A stretch of 64,000 nucleotides of DNA, taken from the NCBI GenBank assembly GCA_041937175.2, contig CP166615.1, positions 768,001 to 832,000 of the forward strand, read 5' to 3'. Both the position numbers and the translations under genes were made by a program. Below, piece by piece: positions 53,828 through 63,295 of this stretch (the stretch's first letter is position 1; each line of letters opens with the position of its first letter). The stretch is from Limnothrix sp. BL-A-16. GTDB taxonomy: Bacteria; Cyanobacteriota; Cyanobacteriia; CACIAM-69d. The notes under the pieces were generated by a model that was not told the origin of the DNA, made no database searches, and saw nothing but the letters and a program-made list of their open reading frames with translations.

Positions 53828-53910
53828 GGGTCAATCACTGGACTGATGGGTGGTTCGATCGAACCTTACGGGGCGATCGAACCGCCTAACTCGCAAGGGG
53901 TGGGATTTTC

Positions 53911-55318
53911 CTACCCCAGTTGATAGCACTTTTGATCCAGCCATATTGTCTGTTCTTGTAGTTGAGCGATCGACTCCGGCAACTCCCTCAGTTGGTTGTC
54001 TTGGAGATCAAGACTTGTCAGATTTTTCAGTTGAAGGATGACTGCTGGTAGCTCAGTTAGTTGGTTGCCACTGAGGTAAAGCTTGGTCAAATTTTGCAGT
54101 TGCCCAAGCTCTGCTGGTAGCTCAGTTAGTTGGTTGCCATCAAGGTGAAGCTCAGTCAGATTTTGCAGTTGTCCAAGCTCTGCCGGTAGCTCAGTTAGTT
54201 GGTTGCCATCAAGGTGAAGCTCAGTCAGATTTTGCAGTTGTCCAAGCTCTGCTGGTAGCTTGCTTAGTTGGTTTCTATCGAGGTCAAGCTTGGTCAGATT
54301 TTGCAGTTGACCGATCGCTGCCGGTAGCTCCCTCAGCGGGTTATAGCTGAGGTCAAGTTTAGTCAGATTTTGCAGTCGTGTGATTGCCGCTGGTAGCTCC
54401 CTCAGTTGATTGAAGTTGAGAAACAGCGCGATCAAGTTTTCCAATTGCCCAAACTCCGCCGGTAGCTTGCTCAGTTGGTTGTAGCCGAGACACAGCTCTT
54501 TCAAATTTTCCAGTTGCCCAAACTCCACCGGTAGCTCGCTCAGTTGGTTGCCACTGAGGTAAAGCTCGCTCAGATTTTGCAGTTGCCCAAACTCCGCCGG
54601 TAGCTTACTCAGTCGGTTTCTATCGAGGTCAAGCTTGGTCAGATTTCGCAGTTGCCCAAACTCCGCCGGTAGCTTGCTCAGTTGGTTGTTCGAGAGGTCA
54701 AGCTTGGTCAGATTTCGCAATTGCCCAAACTCCGCCGGTAGCTTGCTCAGTCGGTTGTAGCGGAGGTCAAGCTTGGTCAGATTTCGCAGTTGCCCAAACT
54801 CCGCCGGTAACTTACTCAGTCGGTTGTAGCTGAGAGACAGCTCTTCCAAATTTCGCAGTTGCCCAAACTCAGTCGGTAGCTCGCTCAGTTGGCTGTAGCT
54901 GAGCAACAGCTCGATCAAATTTTCCAGTTGCCCAAACTCTGCCGGTAGCTCGCTCAGGTGGCGGTTGCTGCTGAGAAACAGCTCTTCCAAATTTCGCAAT
55001 TGCCCAAACTCTGCTGGTAACTTTCTCAGTTGGTTGGAAGCGAGATTAAGCAGTCTCAGATTTTGTAGTTGGCCAATTTCTGCTGGTAGCTCTCCTAATT
55101 GGTTGTCGCTGAGCACCAGCTCGATCAGATTTCTCAGTTGACCAATTTCTGCTGGTAGCTCTCTCAAAGACCACCCGACGTGTAGCTCAGTCAGATTTTG
55201 CAGTTGACCAATTTCTGCTGGTAATTGCTCTAGGCGGCCCCCGCCCCCAAATAGCCAACTGTGTCTGGCCCTTCGCTTTGGCACGCTCCAGTAGCGCCAA
55301 CAACTTCGCCCGTTCCAT
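53911..55318 (-). CDS. LRR-only protein B2 (18 LRRs); apparent 2-nt frameshift near 55233
   Basis: 23-aa LxxLPxExGQLxNLxxLxLxxN repeats; paralogous ATG at 55318 is out of frame because two bases are missing relative to B1; in-frame GTG at 55323. Confidence 0.85.
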
Positions 55319-55463
55319 GCCACCGCCCCCTCACATCACCGCTCCAATTGTAAGAGCCTGTCCCCTACAGAATGTTGGCGACATGGGAGCAACGCCGCAG
55401 AGAAACTAGTAAGGGGTGGGATTTTCCTGCCCCTTTTTTGTGTTTTTTAGGAAGCGTTATGGC

Positions 55464-55613
55464 TCAAAAGCTGGGTTCACCGAAGGGGTTGTCTTCCCCG
55501 GGGGGCAGGGCTTCGCGGGCTTCGAGGCTGCCGCGCACCCCTTCGACAATGACGTTAAAGGCGGCGGCGGCGATCGCTCCGGGTAAACCAGCGCTGGCCA
55601 GGGCGATCGACAC
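55464..55613 (-). pseudogene. Collapsed paralog of LRR gene A (last 47 codons only; possible 49-aa sORF)
   Basis: IALASAGLPGAIAAAAFNVIVEGVRGSLEAREALPPGEDNPFGEPSF* matches the gene A C-terminus; preceded by a copy of the gene A upstream region. Confidence 0.75.
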
Positions 55614-55700
55614 AGCTCCAATTGTAGAAGCCTATCCCCAACATCCCGTAGGGGACATGAGAGCAATGCCGCCAAGAAGCTAGAAATGGGTGGGATTTTC

Positions 55701-57110
55701 CTAGCCCAGTTTCCAGCAATGGTGATCCAGCAATATCGTCTGTTCTTGCAGTTGAGCGATCGACTCCGGCAACTCAGTCAGTTGGTTGTCTTGGAGATCA
55801 AGACTTGTCAGATTTTTCAGTTGAAGGATGACCGCCGGTAGCTCAGTCAGTTGGTTGCGGCTGAGGTAAAGCTTGGTCAGATTTTTCAGTTGCCCAAGCT
55901 CTGCCGGTAGATCAGTTAGTTGGTTGCCATCAAGGTGAAGCTCAGTCAGATTTTGCAGTTGCCAAAACTCAGCCGGTAGCTCAGTTAGTTGGTTGCGGCG
56001 GAGGTCAAGCTTGGTCAGATTTTTCAGTTGAAGGATGACTGCCGGTAGCTCAGTCAGTCGGTTGCGGTGGAGGTCAAGCTTGGTCAGATTTTTCAGTTGC
56101 CCAAACTCCACTGGTAGCTCACTTAATTGGTTGCCGCCGAGGTAAAGCTTGGTCAGATTTTGCAGTTGCCCAAACTCCACCGGTAACTCACTCAGTTGGC
56201 TATATTCGAGAAACAGCTCTTCTAAATTTCGCAACCGACCAAACTCCGCCGGTAGCTTACTCAGTCGGTTGTAGCGGAGGGAAAGCGATGTCAGATTTTG
56301 CAGTTGCCCAAACTCCGCCGGTAGCTCGCTCAATCGGTTCTTCCAGAGGTCAAGCTCGCTCAGATTTTGCAGTTGCCCAAACTCCACCGGCAACTCACTC
56401 AGTTGGTTGTCCGCGAGGTCAAGCTTGGTCAGATTTCGCAGTTGCCCAAACTCCGCCGGTAGCTCAGTCAGGCGGTTGCTGCTGAGGTCAAGCTTGGTCA
56501 GATTTTGCAGTTGCCCAAACTCCGCCGGTAGCTCAGTCAGGCGGTTGCTGCTGAGGTCAAGCTTGGTCAGATTTTGCAGTTGCCCAAACTCCGCCGGTAA
56601 CTTACTCAGTCGGTTGTAGCTGAGAGACAGCTCTTCCAAATTTCGCAGTTGCCCAAACTCAGTCGGTAGCTCGCTCAGTTGGCTGTAGCTGAGCAACAGC
56701 TCGATCAAATTTTCCAGTTGACCAAACTCTGCCGGTAGCTCGCTCAGGTGGCGGTTGCCGCCGAGAAACAGCTCTTCCAAATTTCGCAATTGCCCAAACT
56801 CTGCTGGTAACTTTCTCAGTTGGTTGGAAGCGAGATTAAGCAGTCTCAGATTTTGTAGTTGGCCAATTTCTGCTGGTAGCTCTCCTAATTGGTTGTCGCT
56901 GAGCACCAGCTCGATCAGATTTCTCAGTTGACCAATTTCTGCTGGTAGCTCTCTCAAAGACCACCCGACGTGTAGCTCAGTCAGATTTTGCAGTTGACCA
57001 ATTTCTGCTGGTAATTGTTCTAGGGCCGGCCCCCGCCCCCAAATAGCCAACTGTGTCTGGCCCTCCGCTTTGGCACGCTCCAGCAGCGCCAACAACTTCG
57101 CCCGTTCCAT
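55701..57110 (-). CDS. LRR-only protein B1 (18 LRRs)
   Basis: MERAKLLALLERAKAEG N-cap, 18 LRRs, short C-cap. Confidence 0.92.
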   Translation of the reverse strand: MERAKLLALLERAKAEGQTQLAIWGRGPALEQLPAEIGQLQNLTELHVGWSLRELPAEIGQLRNLIELVLSDNQLGELPAEIGQLQNLRLLNLASNQLRKLPAEFGQLRNLEELFLGGNRHLSELPAEFGQLENLIELLLSYSQLSELPTEFGQLRNLEELSLSYNRLSKLPAEFGQLQNLTKLDLSSNRLTELPAEFGQLQNLTKLDLSSNRLTELPAEFGQLRNLTKLDLADNQLSELPVEFGQLQNLSELDLWKNRLSELPAEFGQLQNLTSLSLRYNRLSKLPAEFGRLRNLEELFLEYSQLSELPVEFGQLQNLTKLYLGGNQLSELPVEFGQLKNLTKLDLHRNRLTELPAVILQLKNLTKLDLRRNQLTELPAEFWQLQNLTELHLDGNQLTDLPAELGQLKNLTKLYLSRNQLTELPAVILQLKNLTSLDLQDNQLTELPESIAQLQEQTILLDHHCWKLG

Positions 57111-57255
57111 GCCACCGCCCCTTCACATCACCGCTCCAATTGTAAGAGCCTGTCCCCTACAGAATGTTGGCGACATGGGAGCAATGCCGCAGAGAAACTC
57201 GCAAGGGGTGGGATTTTCCTGCCCCTTTTTTGTGTTTTTTAGGAAGCGTTGTGGC

Positions 57256-58587
57256 TCAAAAGCTGGGTTCGCCAAAGGGGTTTTCGTCGTCGCCGGGGGG
57301 CAGTGCGCCACGGTTTTCCAGGCCCCCACGCACCCCTTCGACTACCACGTTAAAGGCGGCGGCGGCGATCGCTCCGGGTAAACCAGCGCTGGCCAGGGCG
57401 ATGCCAACGGCGCTTTTGGCGAGTTCGGGGCCGGCGTTTTTGAAGGCGGCCCAGAGGGTTTGTTGCCATTCCAAATCTTTGAACGTGACTTGGGTTTGCA
57501 GTTTGGCGGTGGTGGTTTGTTCGTCGATTTTCAGTTGTTTCAGCAGCTCCTGAATTATCTGTTGAGCGGCTTCGGGGGTTTGGGGGGCTTGGTAGTTGTT
57601 AACGGTTTTGTCGCCTGCTACGTTGTCGCCGCTGCCGTGGTGGTTTTGGGTGATGTTGGTGGTCATATTCAGTGTTTGATTTCGATTAACAAATTTATCG
57701 ATCTTGACTACTATTTTATGAAAAAGAGAAGAATGATCATCTGCAAAAAAGCTGCTATTTCCTAAGGATTCTTGTGATTTGCTAAAAGAAATGGCTTTAA
57801 GATTTTGATCGCTGAAGTAAAGATCTAGAATTGTTCTTAAATCACCTGGCTCTTCCAAACCTAAAATTTCCGATGAAATAGGAATTGGATTACCGCGTAA
57901 GTCTAGCCTCTCAAGATTGATCAATTCTCGAATAAATGTTGGTATATGGTTCAATTGGTTATAAGCGAGATGTAATTCTGCTAGATTTTGCAAACACGTT
58001 ATATCAATTGGCAGAAAATCTAGTTTGTTGTTGTTAAGATGAAGCCCTACTAAATTTTTAAGTTGAAAGATCTCGATTGGTATTTGAATCAGGTTTGCAT
58101 TTGTAAGAGAAAGCCAATTTAGTCTTTTTAGGTTCACGATTTCTGGTGGTAATTTTGTTATTTGCTTACCTCCAAGGATTAGTGTTTTCAGATTTTGTAA
58201 TTGGATGATTTCCAGTGGAAACGAATTCAGTGAATTGTGACAAAGTTCAAGTGTGCTGAGATTTTGTAGTTGGCTAATTTCTGCTGGCAGTGAACTCAGT
58301 GGGTTACTCCAGAGTTCAAGTGTGACTAGACTTTTCAGTTGACCTATTTCTGCTGGTAGTTGACTTAGCTGATTGAAGTCGAGGGCAAGTGTTTTCAAAT
58401 TGTGCAGTTGACCAATTTCTACTGGTAATTGACTCAACTGGTTGCCGCCGAGGTTCAACGATCTCAGATTGTGCAGTTGACCAATTTCTACTGGTAATTC
58501 TTCCAATCCCTTCCATGAAAGATCCAGCTCCGTCCAGCCTTCCGCCTTTGCCCGTCCCAACAGCGCCAACAACTCCGCCCGTTCCAT
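57256..58587 (-). CDS. LRR protein A (Roco-like N-terminus, no Roc-COR) with C-terminal helical tail
   Basis: AKAEGWTELDLS N-cap, about 9 LRRs, LDLRGNPIPI..EILG..PGD...ILD.YF, no P-loop, then QNHHGSGDNVAGDK tail. Confidence 0.85.
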   Translation of the reverse strand: MERAELLALLGRAKAEGWTELDLSWKGLEELPVEIGQLHNLRSLNLGGNQLSQLPVEIGQLHNLKTLALDFNQLSQLPAEIGQLKSLVTLELWSNPLSSLPAEISQLQNLSTLELCHNSLNSFPLEIIQLQNLKTLILGGKQITKLPPEIVNLKRLNWLSLTNANLIQIPIEIFQLKNLVGLHLNNNKLDFLPIDITCLQNLAELHLAYNQLNHIPTFIRELINLERLDLRGNPIPISSEILGLEEPGDLRTILDLYFSDQNLKAISFSKSQESLGNSSFFADDHSSLFHKIVVKIDKFVNRNQTLNMTTNITQNHHGSGDNVAGDKTVNNYQAPQTPEAAQQIIQELLKQLKIDEQTTTAKLQTQVTFKDLEWQQTLWAAFKNAGPELAKSAVGIALASAGLPGAIAAAAFNVVVEGVRGGLENRGALPPGDDENPFGEPSF

Positions 58588-58640
58588 GCCACCGCCCCCT
58601 CACATCACCGCTCCAATTGTAGAAGTCTATCCCCCACATC

Positions 58641-58858
58641 CCGTAGGGTGCATGGGAGCAAACCCCAATGGTCACGAAATGATTAATTTGTTTTCCCATG
58701 CACCGTGGATTGAACGCCGCCCAACCGATCAATGTTGTTGAATGTGTGATGGGTTGCGGTGTGTGGAAATGATTGTTGAATGCGTGACGGGTTGCGGTGC
58801 ATGGGAGAAGAATGATGATGGTCGTTTGTTTCCGAGCGTGCTCCCATGCACCCTACGG
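58641..58858. repeat. REPIN-like element (two inverted GTAG REP hairpins)
   Basis: Perfect 20-bp IR CCGTAGGGTGCATGGGAGCA at 58641-58660 and 58839-58858; each end forms a GGTGCATGGGA..TCCCATGCACC hairpin; spacer has a duplicated TTGTTGAATG.GTGA.GGGTTGCGGTG. Confidence 0.75.
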
Positions 58859-58929
58859 TTTTGGTGATTAGCGCCGATCGCCCATTACAACAAACCCACC
58901 CCAAAAATGCCAGACTAATTGCCCGGTTT

Positions 58930-59987
58930 CTAGCGTCCCCAAATCCAATGCAAGAGCAGAATCAACAAATACACCACCGCCAAAATGGCCAAACCATAGA
59001 ACAGAATCGATCGCTCGTCCTTGGGGCTGGGGAGCGAGGGATCCGCCTCCACTGGACAAAACCGCACCAAACTGCGATTCACAAAGGCCTCGCCTAACAC
59101 AGGATTGCTGAAATAGGCCAACAGTTGCTTACCCAACGTGGTTTCAATGCCCAGCCCATCACGGGACACACCCACGCGGGAAATGCCCCCATAGGAAAAC
59201 GCAGCCAGCTCTCGCACCGGTTGCTGGCTCCAAAAAGAGGGCAGGGCGATCGCGCAGAGTCGGGTACTGGTCACCAGCAACACCGCCGGCCCGTCATCGA
59301 TGCGCACGGAAACCACGTCAATGAGCTGTTCTTCCGGTGCGTTCAGGAAATACACCAAAAATTCTGCCAGCTTGGGAATCGCGCCCTGCATCGGAAAACC
59401 CAGTTGGCCCGTTTCCGCCAGCCAATCTTCATAGACCTTTTCCGGCTGAATCAGGTCGATCGCCTCTTCGGGGTTGGGATAGGTCGGCTCAGGATAAATC
59501 GGCGGGAGTTGGGGCGCGGGGGCTGGGCTGGGCGCGGGGCCGGCGCAACAAACCCGGTATTCCCCGGATCGTAGGTGGCGCTGATCTCCGAGGGGGCGGG
59601 GGAAACGCTGGGGGCGATCGTGTAGCTGGGCGAACCGGTCAGGCCCAGAGCGCTCAACGGGGGCGTGGCCAAGGACATGCCAGAGCCGTCATTGGCCAGG
59701 TAGAGGGCATCAGTCCAGGTGGGTGCGCCGGCCCCGGCCGCCCAACCGGAGACCCGCACCACGCCCACGGGTTCCACCTTCAGGATGTTCATGCCCTTGC
59801 GAACAAAGGTCATCAGCGCCGGGCGATCGGGGGCGCGATCGGCCCCCAACAGATTCAAAATCAAGCAATTGCCATCAAGGCTGACTTCCACCGCAATCCC
59901 CGCCGCTTGTAACTTGCGGTTCATGAGGGTGGCGATCGCCTCTACATTGCCCTGCCGGGCGAGCAGTAACAATTCCGTCTGAGACAT
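58930..59987 (-). CDS. Hypothetical protein split by a 1-nt frameshift (ORFs 59451-59987 and 58930-59391)
   Basis: ARQGNVEAIATLMNRKL N-terminus; one extra C near 59537 gives APAPAPSPAPAPQLPPIYPEP.. reading through into the downstream ORF with its C-terminal TM. Confidence 0.7.
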
Positions 59988-60156
59988 AGATCGGTGGTGT
60001 CAATTGCCTGAAAGCCTGGAGGCTGCTCAACGAGTCAACATGGCCCGGGGGCTGCTGTTGGCCGGGAGCGCCATTTCTCGCAATCATACACCTGGTTTTC
60101 GGTGGCTCGCCCATGGTGTCTTGCCGTTGGGGTGCGGCATCCTCAGGTACAACCCC

Positions 60157-60861
60157 TCAGGCGCGGCCATAGTGGGCCAGGGGCTGACCGGTGCGATCGG
60201 CCCACAGTTGATCGCCCCAGGAAAAGTGCCACCACTCTTGGGCATGTTGGGCAAACCCGCCCGCGGCCATGGCCCGTTGCAATAGTTGGCGCTGGGCGTG
60301 GAACTGCTGGTGTTGGGGATCGGTGGCTGGGGCAAAGTGGTTGGGAAATGAACGATCGGAACATTCATCGATCGGGGATCCCATGTCCAGCACCCGCCCG
60401 GCCGCGTCAAGCAGGGTCAGATCCAGGGCGGCTCCGGTGCTGTGGGGTGGCGGGGTGGCGGGGTGGTCGCTGGGGCTGGCCCAAAACTGGCTAACGCGTG
60501 ATCGCAAGGCTTGGGTTTGGGGATGATTGGGATCTTGTGCCAGGGGGACGGGATCCAACCCTTCCATGAGGGCCAATTCTGCAAAGGTGTAGTCCACCAT
60601 GAATTGCTGAACGGCCAAGGGGCGATAGGCATCAAAGATGGCCAGTTGCCAGCCCGGTTGTTGTTGGGCTAGCCAGTGGGCGGCCTGAAGCAGTCGATCG
60701 AGCACGCCCGATCGCACCCAAAAGGGCGATTGATCACCATAGGGCGCACCCAAAACCGCGTAAGGATGGGGATTCCAGAGATGGAACCGATCGGGCGGAA
60801 TGGGCACTAGGGGTTCGCCACAGTCCGCGATCGGGATTTTTTGATAGGGCTTGAGGGCCAT
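60157..60861 (-). CDS. D-alanyl-D-alanine dipeptidase (VanX/M15D)
   Basis: FDAYRP, PPHSTGAALD, EWWHFS. Confidence 0.92.
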   Translation of the reverse strand: MALKPYQKIPIADCGEPLVPIPPDRFHLWNPHPYAVLGAPYGDQSPFWVRSGVLDRLLQAAHWLAQQQPGWQLAIFDAYRPLAVQQFMVDYTFAELALMEGLDPVPLAQDPNHPQTQALRSRVSQFWASPSDHPATPPPHSTGAALDLTLLDAAGRVLDMGSPIDECSDRSFPNHFAPATDPQHQQFHAQRQLLQRAMAAGGFAQHAQEWWHFSWGDQLWADRTGQPLAHYGRA

Positions 60862-60940
60862 GGGGTTGATGGGTGCGGCGGTTGCGGAGCCTGAGGGCAG
60901 AGCTTGAGGGTAAAGCTTGAGGATTCATCAACGGCAATCC

Positions 60941-61774
60941 CTAGGCGCGGCCCAATTCCTGCGATCGTTGCCAGGCTGCGCGTACCGCTTCGATGGTGGC
61001 GGAACGGAATCCGGCCTGCTCCAGGGCGGCCACTCCGGCGATCGTTGTGCCGCCGGGACTGGTCACCCGATCTTTCAGGATCGCCGGGTGCAGTTGGCTG
61101 TCTTGCAACAGTTGGGCGGTTCCCAAAACCGTTTGCAGGGCCAAGGTGCTGGCGGTGGCGCGGGGCAACCCGGCCGCCACGCCCCCATCGGTGAGCGCTT
61201 CCACAAACAAGGCCACAAAGGCCGGCCCCGACCCAGACAACCCGGTGACCGCATCCATCAAAGATTCCGGCACTTCCACCACTTGCCCGATCGCCCCAAA
61301 AATCTGGCGAGCCTGTTCCATGGCCGCCTGCTCGGCCAAAGAACCGGGGGCGATCGCCGTGACCCCTGCGCCCACGGTGGCCGGTGTGTTGGGCATTGCT
61401 CGCACCACCGGACAGCCGCCGAAGGCCGCTTCCAGTTTGGCCAAGGTTGTGCCGGCCAAGATTGACAGGATCAGGGGCGATCGCGCGGGATCCCAAGCAC
61501 CGGCCACCTGGGCCGCTACCGTAGCGAAGACCTGGGGCTTGATGGCCAAAAGAACGATTTGGGATTGGGCCAGGAGCGATCGATTGTCATCGGTGACCTG
61601 TACCCCATAGCGCTCGGCCAAGGTCGCTCGGCGCTCGGCCATGGGTTCACTGACGCAAATTTGCGCTCCAGGAATCACATCCCGATCGCACAACCGGGCC
61701 AAAATTGCCTCGGCCATCACGCCCCCGCCAATTACGCCCAACTGCCAAACCGCACCGGCCCCGGAATCCGTCAT
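60941..61774 (-). CDS. proC: Pyrroline-5-carboxylate reductase
   Basis: IGGGVMA, AIKPQ, RAMPNTP, GLSGSGPA, VTSPGGTT. Confidence 0.96.
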   Translation of the reverse strand: MTDSGAGAVWQLGVIGGGVMAEAILARLCDRDVIPGAQICVSEPMAERRATLAERYGVQVTDDNRSLLAQSQIVLLAIKPQVFATVAAQVAGAWDPARSPLILSILAGTTLAKLEAAFGGCPVVRAMPNTPATVGAGVTAIAPGSLAEQAAMEQARQIFGAIGQVVEVPESLMDAVTGLSGSGPAFVALFVEALTDGGVAAGLPRATASTLALQTVLGTAQLLQDSQLHPAILKDRVTSPGGTTIAGVAALEQAGFRSATIEAVRAAWQRSQELGRA

Positions 61775-61936
61775 AAACCTTGTCTCACGCTGAATTTTTC
61801 GATCCAATCGATGCGGATTGGATGGGTCTAGGGCAAAAATATAGGGCAATAGATGTACTACTGCCCTACAGTTTGGCCCGGTGTTCAAGGGCCCCTCGAT
61901 CGTGATTGATCGTTGAAGATTGAACCGTGATTAAAC

Positions 61937-62638
61937 CTACTGAGCTGCCGCCTGTTGGAAGCGATCGGTTGCCCAAACGGGGGCTTGGCCAGGACGAGCG
62001 GCGGCCTGAGCAGCAGCCTGAGCCTGGAACACTTCGCGCACCAAACCGCTGTGGGTGCTGACCTGCACACAACTGGGCGTGAACAGGAAAATGCTTTCGC
62101 CAATCCGCTCTTGGTGACCATCCAGGGCGTAGGTTCCGCCAGCGATGAAGTCCACGGAGCGCTGGGCCTGGTCGGGATCCATCATCGTCAGGTTCAACAC
62201 CACCGATTTCCGTTCCCGCAGGGCCTGAATCGCTTGGGGCATTTCCTCAAACGATCGCGGCTCCATCACCACCACTTCGGAAATTCCGTTGACCGCACCC
62301 GGCATACCAATCACGTTGCTCATAGAAGAAGTTGTTGGGGTTCCAGTTGTTGCGCGGGGGCTGGGCGGCACAATCGGCTCGGGCGATCGGGCCGCGGCCG
62401 GTGCCGGGAACCCACCGGCCAACGAAGCGGATGCATCAGCAACGGCGGCATAGCGACGGCTCCGGCGGGCGCTGGCCTCATCCGTGGGAGCCGCAGCGGG
62501 CTGGGACTCCGCCGCCGGCTGCTGATACGAACCACGGTAGCCGTTGTTATTGCTATCGTTTTCGTCGTAGTCGTAATCGTATTCCACTGGATCGCCCAGA
62601 CCCACAAAATCCCGAAGTTTCGTAAAAATAGCGTTCAC
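61937..62638 (-). CDS. sepF: Cell division protein SepF
   Basis: [44 protein letters not shown]. Confidence 0.96.
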   Translation of the reverse strand: MNAIFTKLRDFVGLGDPVEYDYDYDENDSNNNGYRGSYQQPAAESQPAAAPTDEASARRSRRYAAVADASASLAGGFPAPAAARSPEPIVPPSPRATTGTPTTSSMSNVIGMPGAVNGISEVVVMEPRSFEEMPQAIQALRERKSVVLNLTMMDPDQAQRSVDFIAGGTYALDGHQERIGESIFLFTPSCVQVSTHSGLVREVFQAQAAAQAAARPGQAPVWATDRFQQAAAQ

Positions 62639-63295
62639 CTCGTCCTCTCCACTTACTAACCACGTTGGGGGCTGGAGTACCGACGAGTTTCTAGGGGCTG
62701 TTGAACGCCGCCAAAACTCCGTCGGCTTGGTTGCCTAACATCCACTCCTCGACGAACCACCATTAACCACCATTTAAACCGCCATTGACCCCAAGAGTTG
62801 CATCATTGCTTCCGGTGGGATTGATCGTCACCTTCAGCGTTTTTGGCGCTTGTGGTCTTGAAAATGGGGTTCCAGCGCAGGGCTGTTCAATGATTGTTGA
62901 ATGGGTTGGGGTATAGGTCGCCCCGATTTTATCAGACTGGGCTAAAAGCCACCTGCTGAAAGGTCTGAATCCAGACCCAATTCCCCAATCTGCACCCCAA
63001 TGAGCTATTCAAAAGGAGCCGTAATTGATTGGCTGCCCATTTTTTGGTCAACAGTCTACTCCAATTTTTTTGATTCCACCACGATCGGATTGGTCGCTGA
63101 AGGATGGATGGTTGCCAAGGGCGATCGAGTGGCTGAGGGGGAGCGATCGGGGTTGGCGGTTGCCTATGGTCACCATTCGCGAAGATCAGCACTCGATCGG
63201 GTCAAAATTGGCTACTTTCAGGCAAATTTTGATAGGTCTTGCTGAATGGTGGGTGAATTTTTGGTGCAATCTCCTCAATTCAACGGGTTAGGAAT

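Noticed and set aside
53911..57110. 69-nt periodic repeats as a possible CRISPR array
   Set aside because: In-frame coding LRR repeats with no unique spacers and no cas genes
62640..63295. Short ORFs between pipY and sepF as possible pipX
   Set aside because: No PipX-like sequence; pipX would be upstream of pipY, outside the window
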